A DNA stretch of 63,668 nt, filler included, from Pelomyxa schiedti (GCA_020536535.1; 7 parts of 7 records of this genome joined end to end with filler, not necessarily neighbours in it); one strand, 5' to 3'. Shown: positions 11,815 to 26,737, counted from the first letter of the whole stretch. Notes: a model not told the origin generated them from the letters alone. Translations and numbers: made by a program.

Positions 11815-14712
11815 ACATGGGCATGAAAGGGAAATGTGTCCCCTTGTGGGTGGAACTATCAAAACAGCACAGGAGCGTGATTAATCGGGTGTTTGTTCTG
11901 GCTGGAAAGTCACGGTTACAAACAACAGTGTAGTACAACAATAGGGGGAAGTAAAACGGGGCAGCAACAACAACAGTACTCTGCCTCAGTCTTCAGCAAC
12001 AGATTTTTCCAGTCTCCGTTTTTTCGTTTTAAAACGATCAGAAAAGGCTGTAGGTGTCGGTGTGGGTGTCGGCACCCACGTATGTGTAGGCGTCGAGCGG
12101 CGGTGTTGGGAACAACAGCAGCAACAGACAAGCGAAGGGGTGAAGGTTTACCCAACAGCGCCGGCGCCCACGCCATCAGCTGTGCCACTGAGGCCTACAA
12201 CGTTGGGTGGCACAATCAAAAAATATGCCTTGGGAGATTGCTTGGTGAGTGGTGTTTTGAATGAGGCATTCCAAGTTTGACTGGGGTGGTGTTGCTGTAG
12301 GTGAAGTGGAATGCAAAGGTTGTTGGAATTGATGTTTGGGTTTGATGATGGGTATTTCCTTTTGGAGCATTTTCAAATTGAGTTGTGAAGCCATTGGCAT
12401 CCAACAAATTGCAACTCTCCCCCGCACCGGACGTAGACAACAGCACGTTGGACATCCTGGACACCGAGCATCGACTGTTGAACAAACGAGCTGCTCCTCC
12501 CACCCCGACGCCTGCTCCCATAATCCCTGCCGAGCCGCCACCAGCACCCACGCCCCCACGACGGCGACGTTGTTGCCGTGGCTGCCGTCGTAGGCATTTG
12601 GTGCTGTCGCTGTCGCTACAAAAAAAATTCCTGTTCAAGTCCAATCAGCAAGGAGAGTGGGTGGCTTCTCTCCAAAGGAACTACCAGAGCGGAACATTCT
12701 GAGAGACAACCAGTCCATTTATCTTGGGAACTTCCCAAGTTGCCGAAAAAAATTGGGATCTTGGTTGTATAAGGACAGAGTGGAGATGAAAAACAACGCA
12801 CCGTGCGGAAGGACGGGGCTGATGCCAGAGCCCAGCAGAAGCAATCACGCTTGGTAGCGGTTCGAGGTCGACTGTACATTGGCAGGGGGGACATGGTGCC
12901 GGTGCCGGAGTGCGTGGGTTTCAGCAGCCACCAACCTGACTGATCAGCCGGTGTCGTCCACATCTGATTAGCCGGCGGCCTCGGGTGCGGGGACGCCCGC
13001 GAGCCCCCTACACCTTCTCAGTCTCACGCCTGGCGCGTGGGGCGTTGAGGGAGGCGGGGGCGGCACGGCAGGCCCGCGTGGGTCTGGGGTGCTGGGGTCG
13101 TGGTAGGGGCGTGTGGGCGCGGGGGCGTGCGGGGGGAGGGGCGGCCCGTTGGGGGACTGGCGCTGCTGACGCGGCGCTACACCCCCTCGGGGCTGCGCCG
13201 CCCCCTCCCTCCTCCTCGTCCTGCTCCCTCTCTGCTCCGACTCTGGCTCCTCTCTCCTCTCGTTCTTGTCGTGGCTCGACCGCTTTTCTAAGTGCTCGGT
13301 GCGGATGCCCCACAGGATGTCTCAAAGTTGTGTAATAATCGGGAGCTGTCCTGGTTTCCCCGCGCACCCCAACAAGCCCGTGCGATTCCCTCCCCTTTTC
13401 TGCCCTCCGCCCTCCTTTGGCCCAGCAGCATGCAAGCTGTTTGAAGCGTCCTCGCCGTCATCTCCCTGGGGGCGTCGGCCTCAGTGTCGGACTCTGTCGT
13501 GTCTGGGGCACTCGGGGAAGTTGGGCCCCTCGCCTCGTTGTTTGCTGTCTCTTGCTCCCCTCAGCCGGGCCTTGCGGCCCGGAGGTTGGGCTGCTTGGGG
13601 CACGCGGCTCGTGGCTTGGGGGCCCTCCGCCCTGGCTTCCCCTTCACCCACAGCCCGTTCTCGCCCTCGCGCTTTTTCACAGGAGTGGAGATGCTGCGCA
13701 TCATCCTCACTTCTAATCAAAAATCAAAACAGAAAAATCCTTCTCTTCCTGTGGTGATCGTTGGTTTGAACAAAAAGCAGTTGTTACAGAGGGGTCAGAT
13801 CTCAGCACAGCCATCCTGGCAGACGAGATTATGGGAAGTCTCATCTTTGGCATTTGTTGACATAAAAAGTGTCACATGCCAAAGCGGTGTGCCAAATATC
13901 TTGTCATTCTTAAATTCAACTCCAAGGGATCTTGTTGCAAATGCTTCTTCGTAGCAGATGCGGGCACCGGTGTACGAAGGCCTGCGACCACCACTGTGCT
14001 TTGTGTAGGGAGTTTTCACGGCAATTTGGTGGTGACAGCGAGCAAAGTCAGAGGGATGATGGTAGTAAAACCTGTTTTTTGTTTTCTGATGAGGGTAACA
14101 GGTTTGAATATGCACACTCCATGGGCTCTCAAGAAGGATGGCTCCGCAGCTGTATTATCAGTTTCCATAAAGAAAGATGATGGGGTTTTGGATTGTGGGT
14201 GTTTTGAAGATTGCAACAGGGCTCAAGTTCGCTTGGAGTGGGCCCACGACGACGTAAATGAGTATCGCATCTGCTTGAAAGTAAAGACCCCAGAGGAAGA
14301 CACCCCCGTCAACGTTGCGGTGATGACCTCCCCATTTTTGCCTTTTCCTCAATGTTCACAAGGTTACTACCAACCTCATCACAAAATCGGGCAGTGCCGT
14401 CAAGGTTCAGCACAGCCGCCTCACTTGCAACCCGTTTGGGTGGAAGGGAATCTTTCACGTCACAAGCCTCCCCAGTTTCCCCGCAGTTATCACCTTCCGC
14501 GTTGAACAGGAGGACTAGAACCCACCACCGTCTTCATCTGCATTTTGGGAATGGAAAAGATTTGTGCCTTTTTTGAACAACCAAAAATTCCACTGGGGAG
14601 AGGAAACGAATCGGTTTTAAATCGTTGGGAATCCCTATACGTACACTGTATAGGAAAGAACAAAGAACAAAAAAAAAAAAAAGAAAGCTACATAGTCCAC
14701 CAACAGAGACAA

Positions 14713-16382
14713 ATGAGTTACCGCAGAAAGAGAGGTGGTGTGGTTAGTGATAGTGATGGAGAGGATGAGAGGCCAAAGCTGCCAGATACAGATAGCAGGA
14801 GAAAGATCCGGAAGATATCACTGGAACGACTGCAAAAAGGAATGTCTGTGAAGGAGGTGAGAGGAAAAGTTGGGAAGAAGCAGGCAGATACCGTTCTCAA
14901 GCACAGTCCGCATCTAGTTGTGCACCCCAAATAATTCCCGCAACTGTGAGTGTAGTTCCGGCAGAGGGCGATGAGAACGGGCAGTGCGTGTACTACGGGG
15001 CAGTGATGTTGTTCAAGAATGTTCTGAAGTTCGCTATGAAACTCGCGATGGCGACCGGTAAGATTCTCTCGTACTTTTCTTGGCTTACGGCCGCAGGTAA
15101 TCTGTACTCGTACGGCCTGCCCTTTGTTGCTGCGGTTGTTTATGCTGACGGCCGCCGTCTTATTGCCAGTGACCACAACCTTACAATGGGTGTTAGTATA
15201 AGAAGCATAAAGGGGAAAGAGTCACTATATGACTTCCACACGATCGCGATGTACGATCTCTATGGGAAGGAGCAGTACGGGCACTTTAAGGTAATGGAGT
15301 CCCAGTGCGTGTGGTATGATGGCATAGTCTGGGCTTCACAGCAATCGGTTCACGTTCCAGGTTGTGCAGAACCTCTCCCCCTCAAGGTGTTCATAGTAGG
15401 CGATTGGGCCACTCTTTTGTCGCTCGTAAACAACGCACATGCTCCAGGGTACCCAGGCCCGGAAAGGATATGTATCAAGTGCCAATTCTCTGGAATAGAC
15501 ATGCTTGGCCGTTGGAGGCGCCGGCCTTGGCAGAATTGGCCCTCAGACCTGACCTGGGATCACGAGGATAAGGCCTTTGGGGTTCAGCCTTCGACTACCC
15601 ACTACGATATCCAACACGCCGCTGTGGCCATCCTAGTGAACCACTGCCAATATCTGAGCAATCCCATATTCACACTTCCAATCCGGACAGATAAAATGAC
15701 AGAAAAGTACATCAGCTGGACGGAGAGGTTCGAGGAAATCTACTGTAGCTACGCAAGTGGTGGAACAGGTGGAGGCAGACAAACATTCTGGGCATGCGAT
15801 CTGCCGAGGTTCTTCAGTGCGGGAGTGGCCGAGATAATGAACACCTTCAGTCATCCATACTACAAGGAGATTGGGATGATGCAAATGGCTTTTCAGATGA
15901 AAAATGGGAGGAAGATGAAGATGTCCTTCAAGGAGGCAGTGAGGAGGATTTTTGAGGCAGACGAGTTCACATACAACTGGCGATGTAAATCCAAAGTTAC
16001 CGAGAGGGATATCAGGCTGCATACTATGCACCGCGACCGGCTCATTGCGATAATGAACCACTTTGAGTGGCACATGCCGCAAGTCTTGCACTATTGGCAG
16101 AACCACATAGTTGAAGAGGGACTTGCTTGCTCACCGAAGCTCACAAGGCAAGACCAAGGCGAATCGTCTCACCAGATCAGCAACAGAGTCGTCAAGGGCG
16201 TGAAGAAAGACATCGCGGACGGGGAGGCAACGCAACCAGAGTGGGCTGAAACCCAGCCTCTGAGGCAATATCAGATAAGCGTTGTGAGGGCCTCCCCTCT
16301 TTGGGACTCCTCTTTGGACTGGGGTGAGGGGGAGTGCGACGACGCCGAGGAAGCCGAGGAAGACGAGCACGAACAGGACTAA
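14713..16382 (+). CDS. RAG1-core/Transib/Chapaev-type DDE transposase (~539 aa, one predicted intron 14857-14906)
   Basis: VYADG (D, 15147), FIVGDW (D, 15402), CIKC (15471/15480), DIQH (15615), WR (15978), LHYWQNH (16089/16104), QGESSHQ (E, 16161), acidic tail. A 50-nt GT..cacAG intron joins the basic exon 14713-14856 in frame. Confidence 0.8.
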
Positions 16383-16767
16383 TGAACTCATCCCCTCACC
16401 ACCAAAGACACCCTCACCCTGCCCATCTAACTTGTGGTGGGAGTTTTTTTATTTATTATGCAAGAACCCTAAGAGTGTACAGAATTGATGGGCTGTGAGG
16501 TTACTGAGAGGTGTCCCAATAGGGGAGATTGCAGTACAACGTGTGGGTCCGTGACAGTGTACGAATGTGAGTACATACCAAGCCAAACATGGAGCAATCC
16601 TCAGTACAGTGCACTGTGTACTCCACGATTTCTTCTTTAGACCTGCTCAATTCGTATTTTTTGTGGTTCTGTGTCATGGTGTTTTCGTGTGGGTCGTTCG
16701 ACAATTTTCACTGGACCACACAGACTTTTTCTTGATTTGAAATGAAAACCCACTTTGTTGGGAGTTC

Positions 16768-18546
16768 TTAGAACCCTATTTTGAAGTACTTGAGAGGGTC
16801 GGTGATACGGCCTTCGATGGCTGATGCAGCGAGAGTGGCGGGAGAGCACAGGAAAATCTGGCCAGTGGGTGATCCCATTCGACCCTTGAAGTTCCGGTTG
16901 GCTGTGGACAGGCACCTCTCTCCAGGGGCAAGGCATCCCTATGGGATTTCTTAGTTAGGAGTCGAGGGAGGTTTTGGGAAGCGTGGGTACTTGATGTGCG
17001 CCGAGGCAGGGACCGCATCCAGTGGGTAGCAATATTCCGCCGGCTTCGATTAGAGTTGTCAGGGTGCCGTCAGCCATGGCCTTGAGCATCTCAGTGCGGC
17101 TGGCAGCTCCAATAACGAGTCGGCTTGTTGGAGCAACATGGTGACCACGCAAAATGTCGGCGGCCATACGAAGGTCGGAGTACCTGAAATAAAAAAAAAG
17201 GGGGGGGAGTTGAGTCAATGTATCTCCTTTGTGAGGTTAAATTACCTTCCATTGGTGCAAGTGCCAAGGAAGAATTGGTCAATTGGGGTACCCTCAAGTG
17301 CGGTCGCAGGTACAACATTGTCCACTTCATGGGGTTTAGCAACAACTGGAACAAGTGCCCCCATGTCAATAACTACCTCCTGTTATTGGTGAGAAAAGTG
17401 AAAAATGGGAGGAAAAAAGGGTAAACCTTGGAGTAAACAGCATCAGGATCAGACCACTCAAAGTTAATGGTGGAGATATCAACTCCAGCGTTTTTAAGGT
17501 AGGCGAGGCAGATGTCGTCACAGGGGAAAACAGCGGCTGCGTAATTATTAGAGAAAGTCTTAGGCGAAGTCTACCTTTGGCATCCATCTCAACACCCATA
17601 TTGCAAATTGTTATTCTTTGATCCATTGTGAGGTTCTAGAGGTCACGTGAATAAAATGATGTTGGATCTGATATGTTACCTGAATGTCACCATGGAATTC
17701 CATACAAGAGTACGCGGCACCAGACACACTTATTGTCTTGGCAATTGTGAGGACTAAGTCTTTGGCAGTTACACCAGGGCGAAGAGCTCCAGTGAGAACT
17801 ATTTTGATTGAGGGTGGTACACGGAGCCACAACTCTCCTGTGAGAAGAAGAGATGCTGCCTCGGTGCGGTCAACACCTGAGAGTACGCTTTGAGGTGATG
17901 ACCACATCACATATCAACCACACCTGTAGCAAAGCACCCAACAGCGCCGTAAGTGCATGTATGTGAATCACTTCCAACAACAATTCCCATCGGAGGGGCA
18001 AGTCCATGCTCAACGACAACCTTTCATGTATGAGGTTGAGCCTTCATTAGCATTTAAATGTGTCTCACCTGATGGCAGACACCAGCACCAGCGTCAAAGA
18101 AATGTTTAACTCCAAACTTTCTGACAAAATTACGGACATCTTGGTGTCCCTTGGCAATTTTTTCATCCTGTTAGTAATTTAGTCTTATTCATACTCTAGT
18201 TTATTTTAATCTTATAAAATAAAACTCACTGAGGCAGGGATAACATGATCAAGAACAATAATGGGCAGTTCGGGGTTAACAAGACCGAACTCGTCAAGCT
18301 CTTTGGAAATCTGTGCATATCAACCACACCAGAATGTCAAAAACGGGGGGAAAAAAAAAGAGAACAAAATGCCGTTAGAATTGCGTCACAGAGAACTGAG
18401 AAACACACCTTCCCAATAATAGCGGAAGTGTTATCGTGAGTAAGAAGATGGTCGGGGGACAAAGTTACGATCTGGCCCACTTCCAACGTCGCTGTCGCAT
18501 TTCCTGCCTTGCGTGCAAGTACTTTCTGAGCAAACGATCTCCCCAT
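16768..18546 (-). CDS. leuC: 3-isopropylmalate dehydratase/homoaconitase large subunit (prokaryote-type LeuC/HacA), ~9 introns
   Basis: [76 protein letters not shown]; the protein ends without a swivel (LeuD) domain. Confidence 0.9.
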
Positions 18547-18831
18547 TGCTTGTTTGTTTGTTGATTCTCTCAATGCCTCCCCGGTGCGTGTTGCCAATGG
18601 GTTTTCTTTCTCTTTTCGTTCGATCAAGGAAAAAAATGCCGAATTGACCTTCGTTGATGTCCTGCCAGTGAGACTTTGGAGATGAAGACTGAGGACTGAG
18701 CGACATTTGTCCCTGCAATGAGACTGGGGATGGTTTCAGATTTCAGGTGCCGAGCGGCAGGCCAACCGACGTGACGTAAGACCAAATGAAAGAGGCATCA
18801 TTTCCCTGCCTTCGAAGTTTCTGGCTAGTAA

Positions 18832-20537
<1,706 letters not shown>

Positions 20538-20751
20538 ACACCCCCCAATCCCCCCATCTTCAAGTACAAGAATAAGAATAAGACCCAAATTAAACCGAGT
20601 CCCTTTTTGCAAGTTTGAATCTTCTTCATCTCACCCCCAGTCCCTGGACCAGTCCAATTCGTTTTGTGCTGTGACCTTCGCTGAATTTCCCTTGATGAAA
20701 TTTCAGTCGAGAAGATGCAAGGAACGAACAATCAACCAAAAGAGGGAGTAG

Positions 20752-23709
20752 ATGAAGAGTAACATGGAGGAGGACCAGGGCCCCAGCGTCACGCTGTCGT
20801 CATTGCCACCCACGCCGCCCCATAATTCTGTTCAAATCGCAGCTGCCACCACTACCACAACCACTACCCCGAGGAAGTCGTCAGTGTGCTCGGCCTCTTC
20901 CGGCAGCGACTTTTCCCTGAGCTCCCATAACTCGTATTCGGTGTCGTCGTCGGATGACGAGGGGGGCGAGCCCGGCGTATCGAGGCGAAGGAGCCGCAAA
21001 AAAAAACCTGCGTCGCCGCGCCCGCTGGTTGCAAAAATAGCACTCTCAATCTCGTTCATTGTTCTGGTTGTTTCAGTTGTATCTGCCCTTGGGCCTTCTG
21101 TGGCAGCCTGGGGCCTATCTGGACAGGGCCTGAGGACTCTGCAGACTCAAGCGATGGTAGATTCCATATCTGCCAGGTGCATCAACATCAAAACGTCGCT
21201 GCAGACGAATCTCAACAGCATGGAGATGCAGATGCTCGGAGCTGCCAACTTCGCAAACTCTGTTATCGCTTCAATTGTTCAGAAGGAAGCTACCGGCGGG
21301 AATTCCTCGGACTACTACACTTCGGCTCTAACTCTTGACATGCTGATGAGAGGGACAAAGACTTGCAGGCCTTTGCTGTCTGTTTATGCGGGATTCGTGG
21401 AAGTTCTGGCTGTTTTCCTTGACATTGGGATGTTCGCATTTGCACCAAAAAGCGTGGTGGGTTCTGTTCTGGCCCTGCAATATGGGTATTATATGTACAC
21501 TCTTCCCTTTAGTAAATTCATGACCTAAAAGATATGATGAAGCGTCATACAACTGCACATTATATCAGTATGACATTGCCAGTTACGAACCCAAATGGGA
21601 TGCCGTCTTACCACTTCGTCTTGCCCCATTCCGTCGGTTCGCCACTATATCCAATGAATCGTTGGCATCGCTTTCACGCAGCTCACTGGCCTGGGGAGAT
21701 GTGCAAGTCCCAAGAAACACTAGGAACCAAATCGCAGCTCTCTTTGCTGGTCTGTGGCTGCCCGGATCAGCAACAGTTTCTGGACTGTATTCCGCCTCTA
21801 TCAACGCAGCAGACTTTCTCTCAGTTTTTGGAGAGAATCCTCCAGAAGGGATTATCTGCACCTTTATTCAATATCCTAGCGGACAGATCCTGAGTAGTAC
21901 TTGTGAGGCAGCCACATACGTGGTAGATACCACTATGGTCACTGTGAGCACAAGTAACTCTACCATTTGGGAAGTAAGGGATTCCTCGTCTCTACTACTC
22001 AGTGCCCTCGCTGAAAGCAACAGTGATGTAGTTATATATCACAGACGCAATTATTCCGTTGGGTTTCTGCACATCCAGTCCAATAACGGTTTCAAGGCCA
22101 TAACAACTGTTATTGCAGGTAATGAAAAGTAAGCTTACTTGAAATTATAATACTTTTATCTGCTTGGTTCTTACTTCCCTCTCCTTCTAGAATCACAATA
22201 CTTCCGCCATTATTACAACGGCGTTCAGGGTGTAACTAAAAAGATGATTACGGCGAGCATAATCATTGCTGCTATTCTTGCTGGAACGCTTTCAGTATGC
22301 ACACTTGCAGGACAGCTTCGGGTTATCAAAAGGATAAAACAAATCAGTGAGACAAATATTACTGGAGACGCCCAATCTGCAAGTTTGCGCCCTTTTACCG
22401 CTGGGAGTGCAGTGGAACGTGGCAGTGTTGCAACACCTGCTCAAAATGTTTCGCCGACATCAACGCCTTCCAAGTGGCCTCTCATTGGAGTACTTCACAA
22501 GGTGAACATATTTAGTTACTTGACCGAGATTCAGTTAATCCTTGAAAAATTGGAGTGGCTCGAAGGGAAGGTTCAAATTGTCGCCGCATTTGTTCCTGTG
22601 ATTTCGAAGCTTGTGTGCAAGCAGCAATACTCTGACCTGGCAATATTAGAATCATCACTGGCCAGGAGAATGGGTTCATATCTCTTCTGTGACATTGAGA
22701 GTGAATTTCCCTACTTCCTTTTCCTGCACTGACAGCCCTCAGATTTCACACAACTCTGTGAATCGGTTTCGCCAAACACTGCCGCAGGCCTCCTAGAACT
22801 CTTTTATGACACTGTGGAAAAGGCTGCCAAAACTCAGAAATATAATTTACTTGTGAAGAGATTGGGTGATGGCGTTTTCCTGTCATGGGGCTTCCAGTTA
22901 GAGGTAAATCTCCCAGCCCTTCCCTTTTCTGTCTAACTGGCTCTTTTTTTTATGAAAAGCTCGAAAAGAGGAAATCAAGCAGCACACCACTACCGGCCCT
23001 GGCATACGCTGCCGCGCTCAGAATAGCTGAGTCCGTTATTGAACTTTCTGAAAGAACCAAGGCACTGATAGGAACAGAGGCGCCAGATTGGGAGTGCACA
23101 CTCCGAGTCGGTATCACCACGGGACCGGCACTCCACGGCCTTCTCAAAACAGACACCCTCATCAACCCTGACGTTGTCGGCGCTGCGGTATTTTGTCCTC
23201 ACACCGTTACGCTCACTCCCTAACTAATCATCAAGGTGAACCTTGCTGCAAGGTGTCAGTCTGTGGGCAAGATTGCGGAAGTGAAAGAGCTCTCCCTGCA
23301 GCAGCTTTCTTGTGACCCCACAGGGCCGGACCGAGTACTCTGTACTATCACAAGCGATATGGCCACTCACCAAGCCAACTCCAACCTCGCCGAACAATAC
23401 CTCAACAGTCCTCCTTCCCGGCCGGCAACAACACAAACACAACAGAATTCCACAGCAGAACCGGCACCTTCCGGAACCAATTCCACGAACACAAACACAG
23501 ACCCCCGGCCACCACCCACTCCATCCAACAGCCTCCATTATGCTGCCAAAGTGGCCAGCAAGAGCGTGAAGGCCTACCCGAGATACCTCGTGGAAGACAT
23601 TCCACTGCAGGGAATAGGCAAGACAAACCTCAGTGTCACCTTTGTGACCAGAAGTCAGGCCATGCATCATCAACTAGAACACTCAAGACCAACAACATCA
23701 ACCAATTAA
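20752..23709 (+). CDS. Receptor-type class III adenylate cyclase, paralog A (TM - extracellular sensor - TM - cyclase)
   Basis: Two hydrophobic helices flank a Cache-like region; cyclase motifs LFCDIE, VKRLGDG, LRVGITTG, PDVVGAA|VNLAAR, PLQGIG. Confidence 0.85.
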
Positions 23710-23846
23710 TGGACCACGTCCAGCTGTAATTATCTTACCACTATCACTTGTAGAGAGCCAACAGTACAATGTTAATTTTTTTACATACATATTCTACAAA
23801 ACAACTAAAATAAGTATCTTTTTACACATTGTATACAAATGTATCC

Positions 23847-26737
23847 TTAGCTTTGTAGTTTCTCTCGCGGTTGGATGAGCCTGTGAGTTGCTTTGTTGCG
23901 AGTGACGAAGGTGACACTGAGGTTTGTCTTGCCGATTCCCTGCAAGGGAACGTCTTCAACGAGATATCTCGTGTATGCCTCAACGCTCTGTGATGCAATC
24001 TTGGATGCGTGGACCATTTGAATCGGAGTTGTGTTGTTTCCAGTTGCGCTTGAGGATGTGAGTTGATCGGCGAGGTGTGTATTTGCTTGGTGTGTGGCCA
24101 TGTCGCTCGTGATCGTGCACACAACACGGTCATTGCAATCTCCCTCGCTTCCTGCTCCTCCTTCTGCTGTAGATGGTGGTGTTGATGGTGGTGGCGAGGT
24201 TGAAAGTTCGAGGCGGGAGAGTTCCTTGATGTTTGCGAGCTTCCCAACAGTTTGACACCGGGCTGCCAAGTTCACCTGTGATTGGTTGTAAACTTGGGAG
24301 TGATAGAACATAGGGGGCAATATTATACCGCAGCACCGACCACGTCGGGGTTGATGAGGGTGTCAGTCTTGAGCAGACCGTGCAGTGCCGGTCCCGTTGT
24401 GACTCCGATTCTGAGTGTGCAGTGCCAATCCGGTGCCTCCGATCCAACAAGTGCTTCAGCTTTCCGTGACAGTTCAACCACCGATTCCGCGATTCTGAGT
24501 GCTGCCGCGTATGCAAGTGCCGGGAACGGTGTGCTGCTTGATTTCTTCTTTTCAACCTGTGTGAGGCAGAATGAGTGGGGATAGTGGGTGGGATAGTGGA
24601 TAGGCAAACCTCCAATTGGAATCCCCACGTGAGGAAGATACCATCGCCGAGCCTCTTCACAAGCAAGTTGTGTTTGCGTGCCTTCGCGGCTCTTTCAACC
24701 GTGTCATAAAACAACTCGAGAAGCTTGGCTGCAATGTCCGGTGACACTGACTCACACAGCGGAGTGAAGTCTTTTGATGAAGTGAGTAGGAGGAAAATAG
24801 AAGGGTGCGAGCGTACTTTCGATGTCACAGAACAGGTAACACCCCATTCTCCTTGCCAAAGATGATTCCAGGATCGCCAAATCCGAGAATTGTTGTTTGC
24901 ACACAAGCTTGGAAACAACAGGAACGAATGCAACGACGATCCTCACTTTCCCTTCGAGCCATTCGAGTTTCTGAAGGATCAGTTGAACTTCTGTGAGCCG
25001 GGTGAATGCGTTGATCTTTTTCAGCCACCCTCCAACGCGCTCAGACAGCGACATCTTTGGTTCTTCTTCTGGAAGTTCACCAGGGTGCACCTTAGATCCT
25101 CCGAATTTGTGTCTGTGAGAGTCATTGGCCCCAACGCTGATATCGCTGATCTTTTTGATTCTGTGGATGATTTGAAGTTGCCCTCCAAGGGTGCACACTG
25201 AAAGAGTTCCGGCAAGAACAAGTGCCAAAAGAATACTGAGAGTGATGTAGTGCTCCGTCATATTTTGTATTTCGGAGTAAGTCTGCTGGAAATAGTCCGT
25301 GTCTGGAGGGAGGGGAGGGATTGTATGAGAATCGGTTTTCAGGGAATGGGAAAAAGTACCAGCAATGACTGTTGTAACTGCTGTGAATCCACCACTCGAC
25401 TTGATCTGCAGAAACGCAACCGTGTAATTCCGACCGTGGAAAATGAAAACCTCTGAAATGTTCCCAGCAAGTGCAGTGGCCAAGTGTGATGCGGAGTCCC
25501 TGACTTCCCAGATCGTCGAGTTGAGTGTGTTCACTGAAATAACTTCTGTTTCATTCATGTACGATGCCACCTCGCATGTGCTGCTGAGTATCATTCCGTT
25601 GAAGTTCTGGACGAACGTGCAAATGATTCCATCTTCGTTGTCTTGAGGCAAAAGGGAGATGAAGTGGCTCGCGGCAATTGCACCGCTGACAAATCCTGCG
25701 AGTTTATTTGCCGAACCTGGGAGGAAAAGTGGCGCACACAGCTCAGCGGATATTATTTCAGTTTTCCTGGCACCAACGCTTGTCCACATCAGGGAAGACG
25801 TTGAAGCCAGTGTGTCCCATTGTTCGTCCGAGAGTTCCGAGTGTCTTCCGAGGGGTATTATTGGTACGTTCAGGGGAACATCCCAGTTCGGCTCGTAGTC
25901 ATCAATGAGGTAAGGGTAGAGAACCGTAGAACAGTTTGAATCAAATCTAAACACACGGAGCAAAGCAACAGAGTTAGTTCCGCCGAACCGAGCTCAATCT
26001 ATCCCATACCCGTACTGGAACATCTGCACTGCGCCGACGACGCTGCGGGGTGCCACGATGTACATCCCCTCATCGACAAACACCCCGAACGAGTCCATGA
26101 TCCCGCCGTACACCTCCAGCATCGTCGTGAGCCGCACCGTCTCGTTGTACGCGACGCCGAGCGGGACCGACGCGGGGGCCGGGTCCCCGGCCTCGGCCAG
26201 CATCCTCTTGGCGATCATCCTGTTCACGAACGCCATCGAGCTGCCCATCTCCTGCTCGAAGTTCTCGATGTGGGTCACCATGGTGGCCTCGATCGAGAGG
26301 CACCTGGCCGAGATGGTCGACTCGAGCGACTCGTCCTGCAGCTTCTGGATGCCCCGCGACGACATCACCCAGATGATGTTGGTGGGCACGACCGCGGCGA
26401 GCAGCGCGATCACCAGCACGATGAACGAGATCGACAGCAGCACCCGCAGGACGATGGGCCTCCCTCGTTTCCGTCTCCGCTCTCGCCCTCGGGCCCTCTG
26501 GGGGGCCCCCTTCGTTCTGGGGTCATTGGACTCGTCATTGTCGTAGTCGTCGTCGCTGGGGGCGGCGGTAGAGGAAGAAGACAGGGACAGGGAGACTGAC
26601 GTGGAGGTGGAGGTTACGGAACCGGCGGCTTTGTCCAGAACCACCTTGGTGCGGAGGTTCACCACGATGGGGCTGGCAATTCCTGTTGTTGTGTGGGGTT
26701 CCACTGTTGGTGGTTGGTGTTGTTGGTGTGTGCTCAT
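23847..26737 (-). CDS. Receptor-type class III adenylate cyclase, paralog B
   Basis: Same exon structure and motifs as paralog A. Confidence 0.85.

Noticed and set aside
11900-12960. Several overlapping 70-140-aa ORFs
   Set aside because: No recognisable motifs or consistent exon structure; possibly a decayed gene
13940-14020. HSGGRRP as a RAG2-like kelch blade
   Set aside because: A single GG dipeptide with no repeated kelch pattern; insufficient evidence
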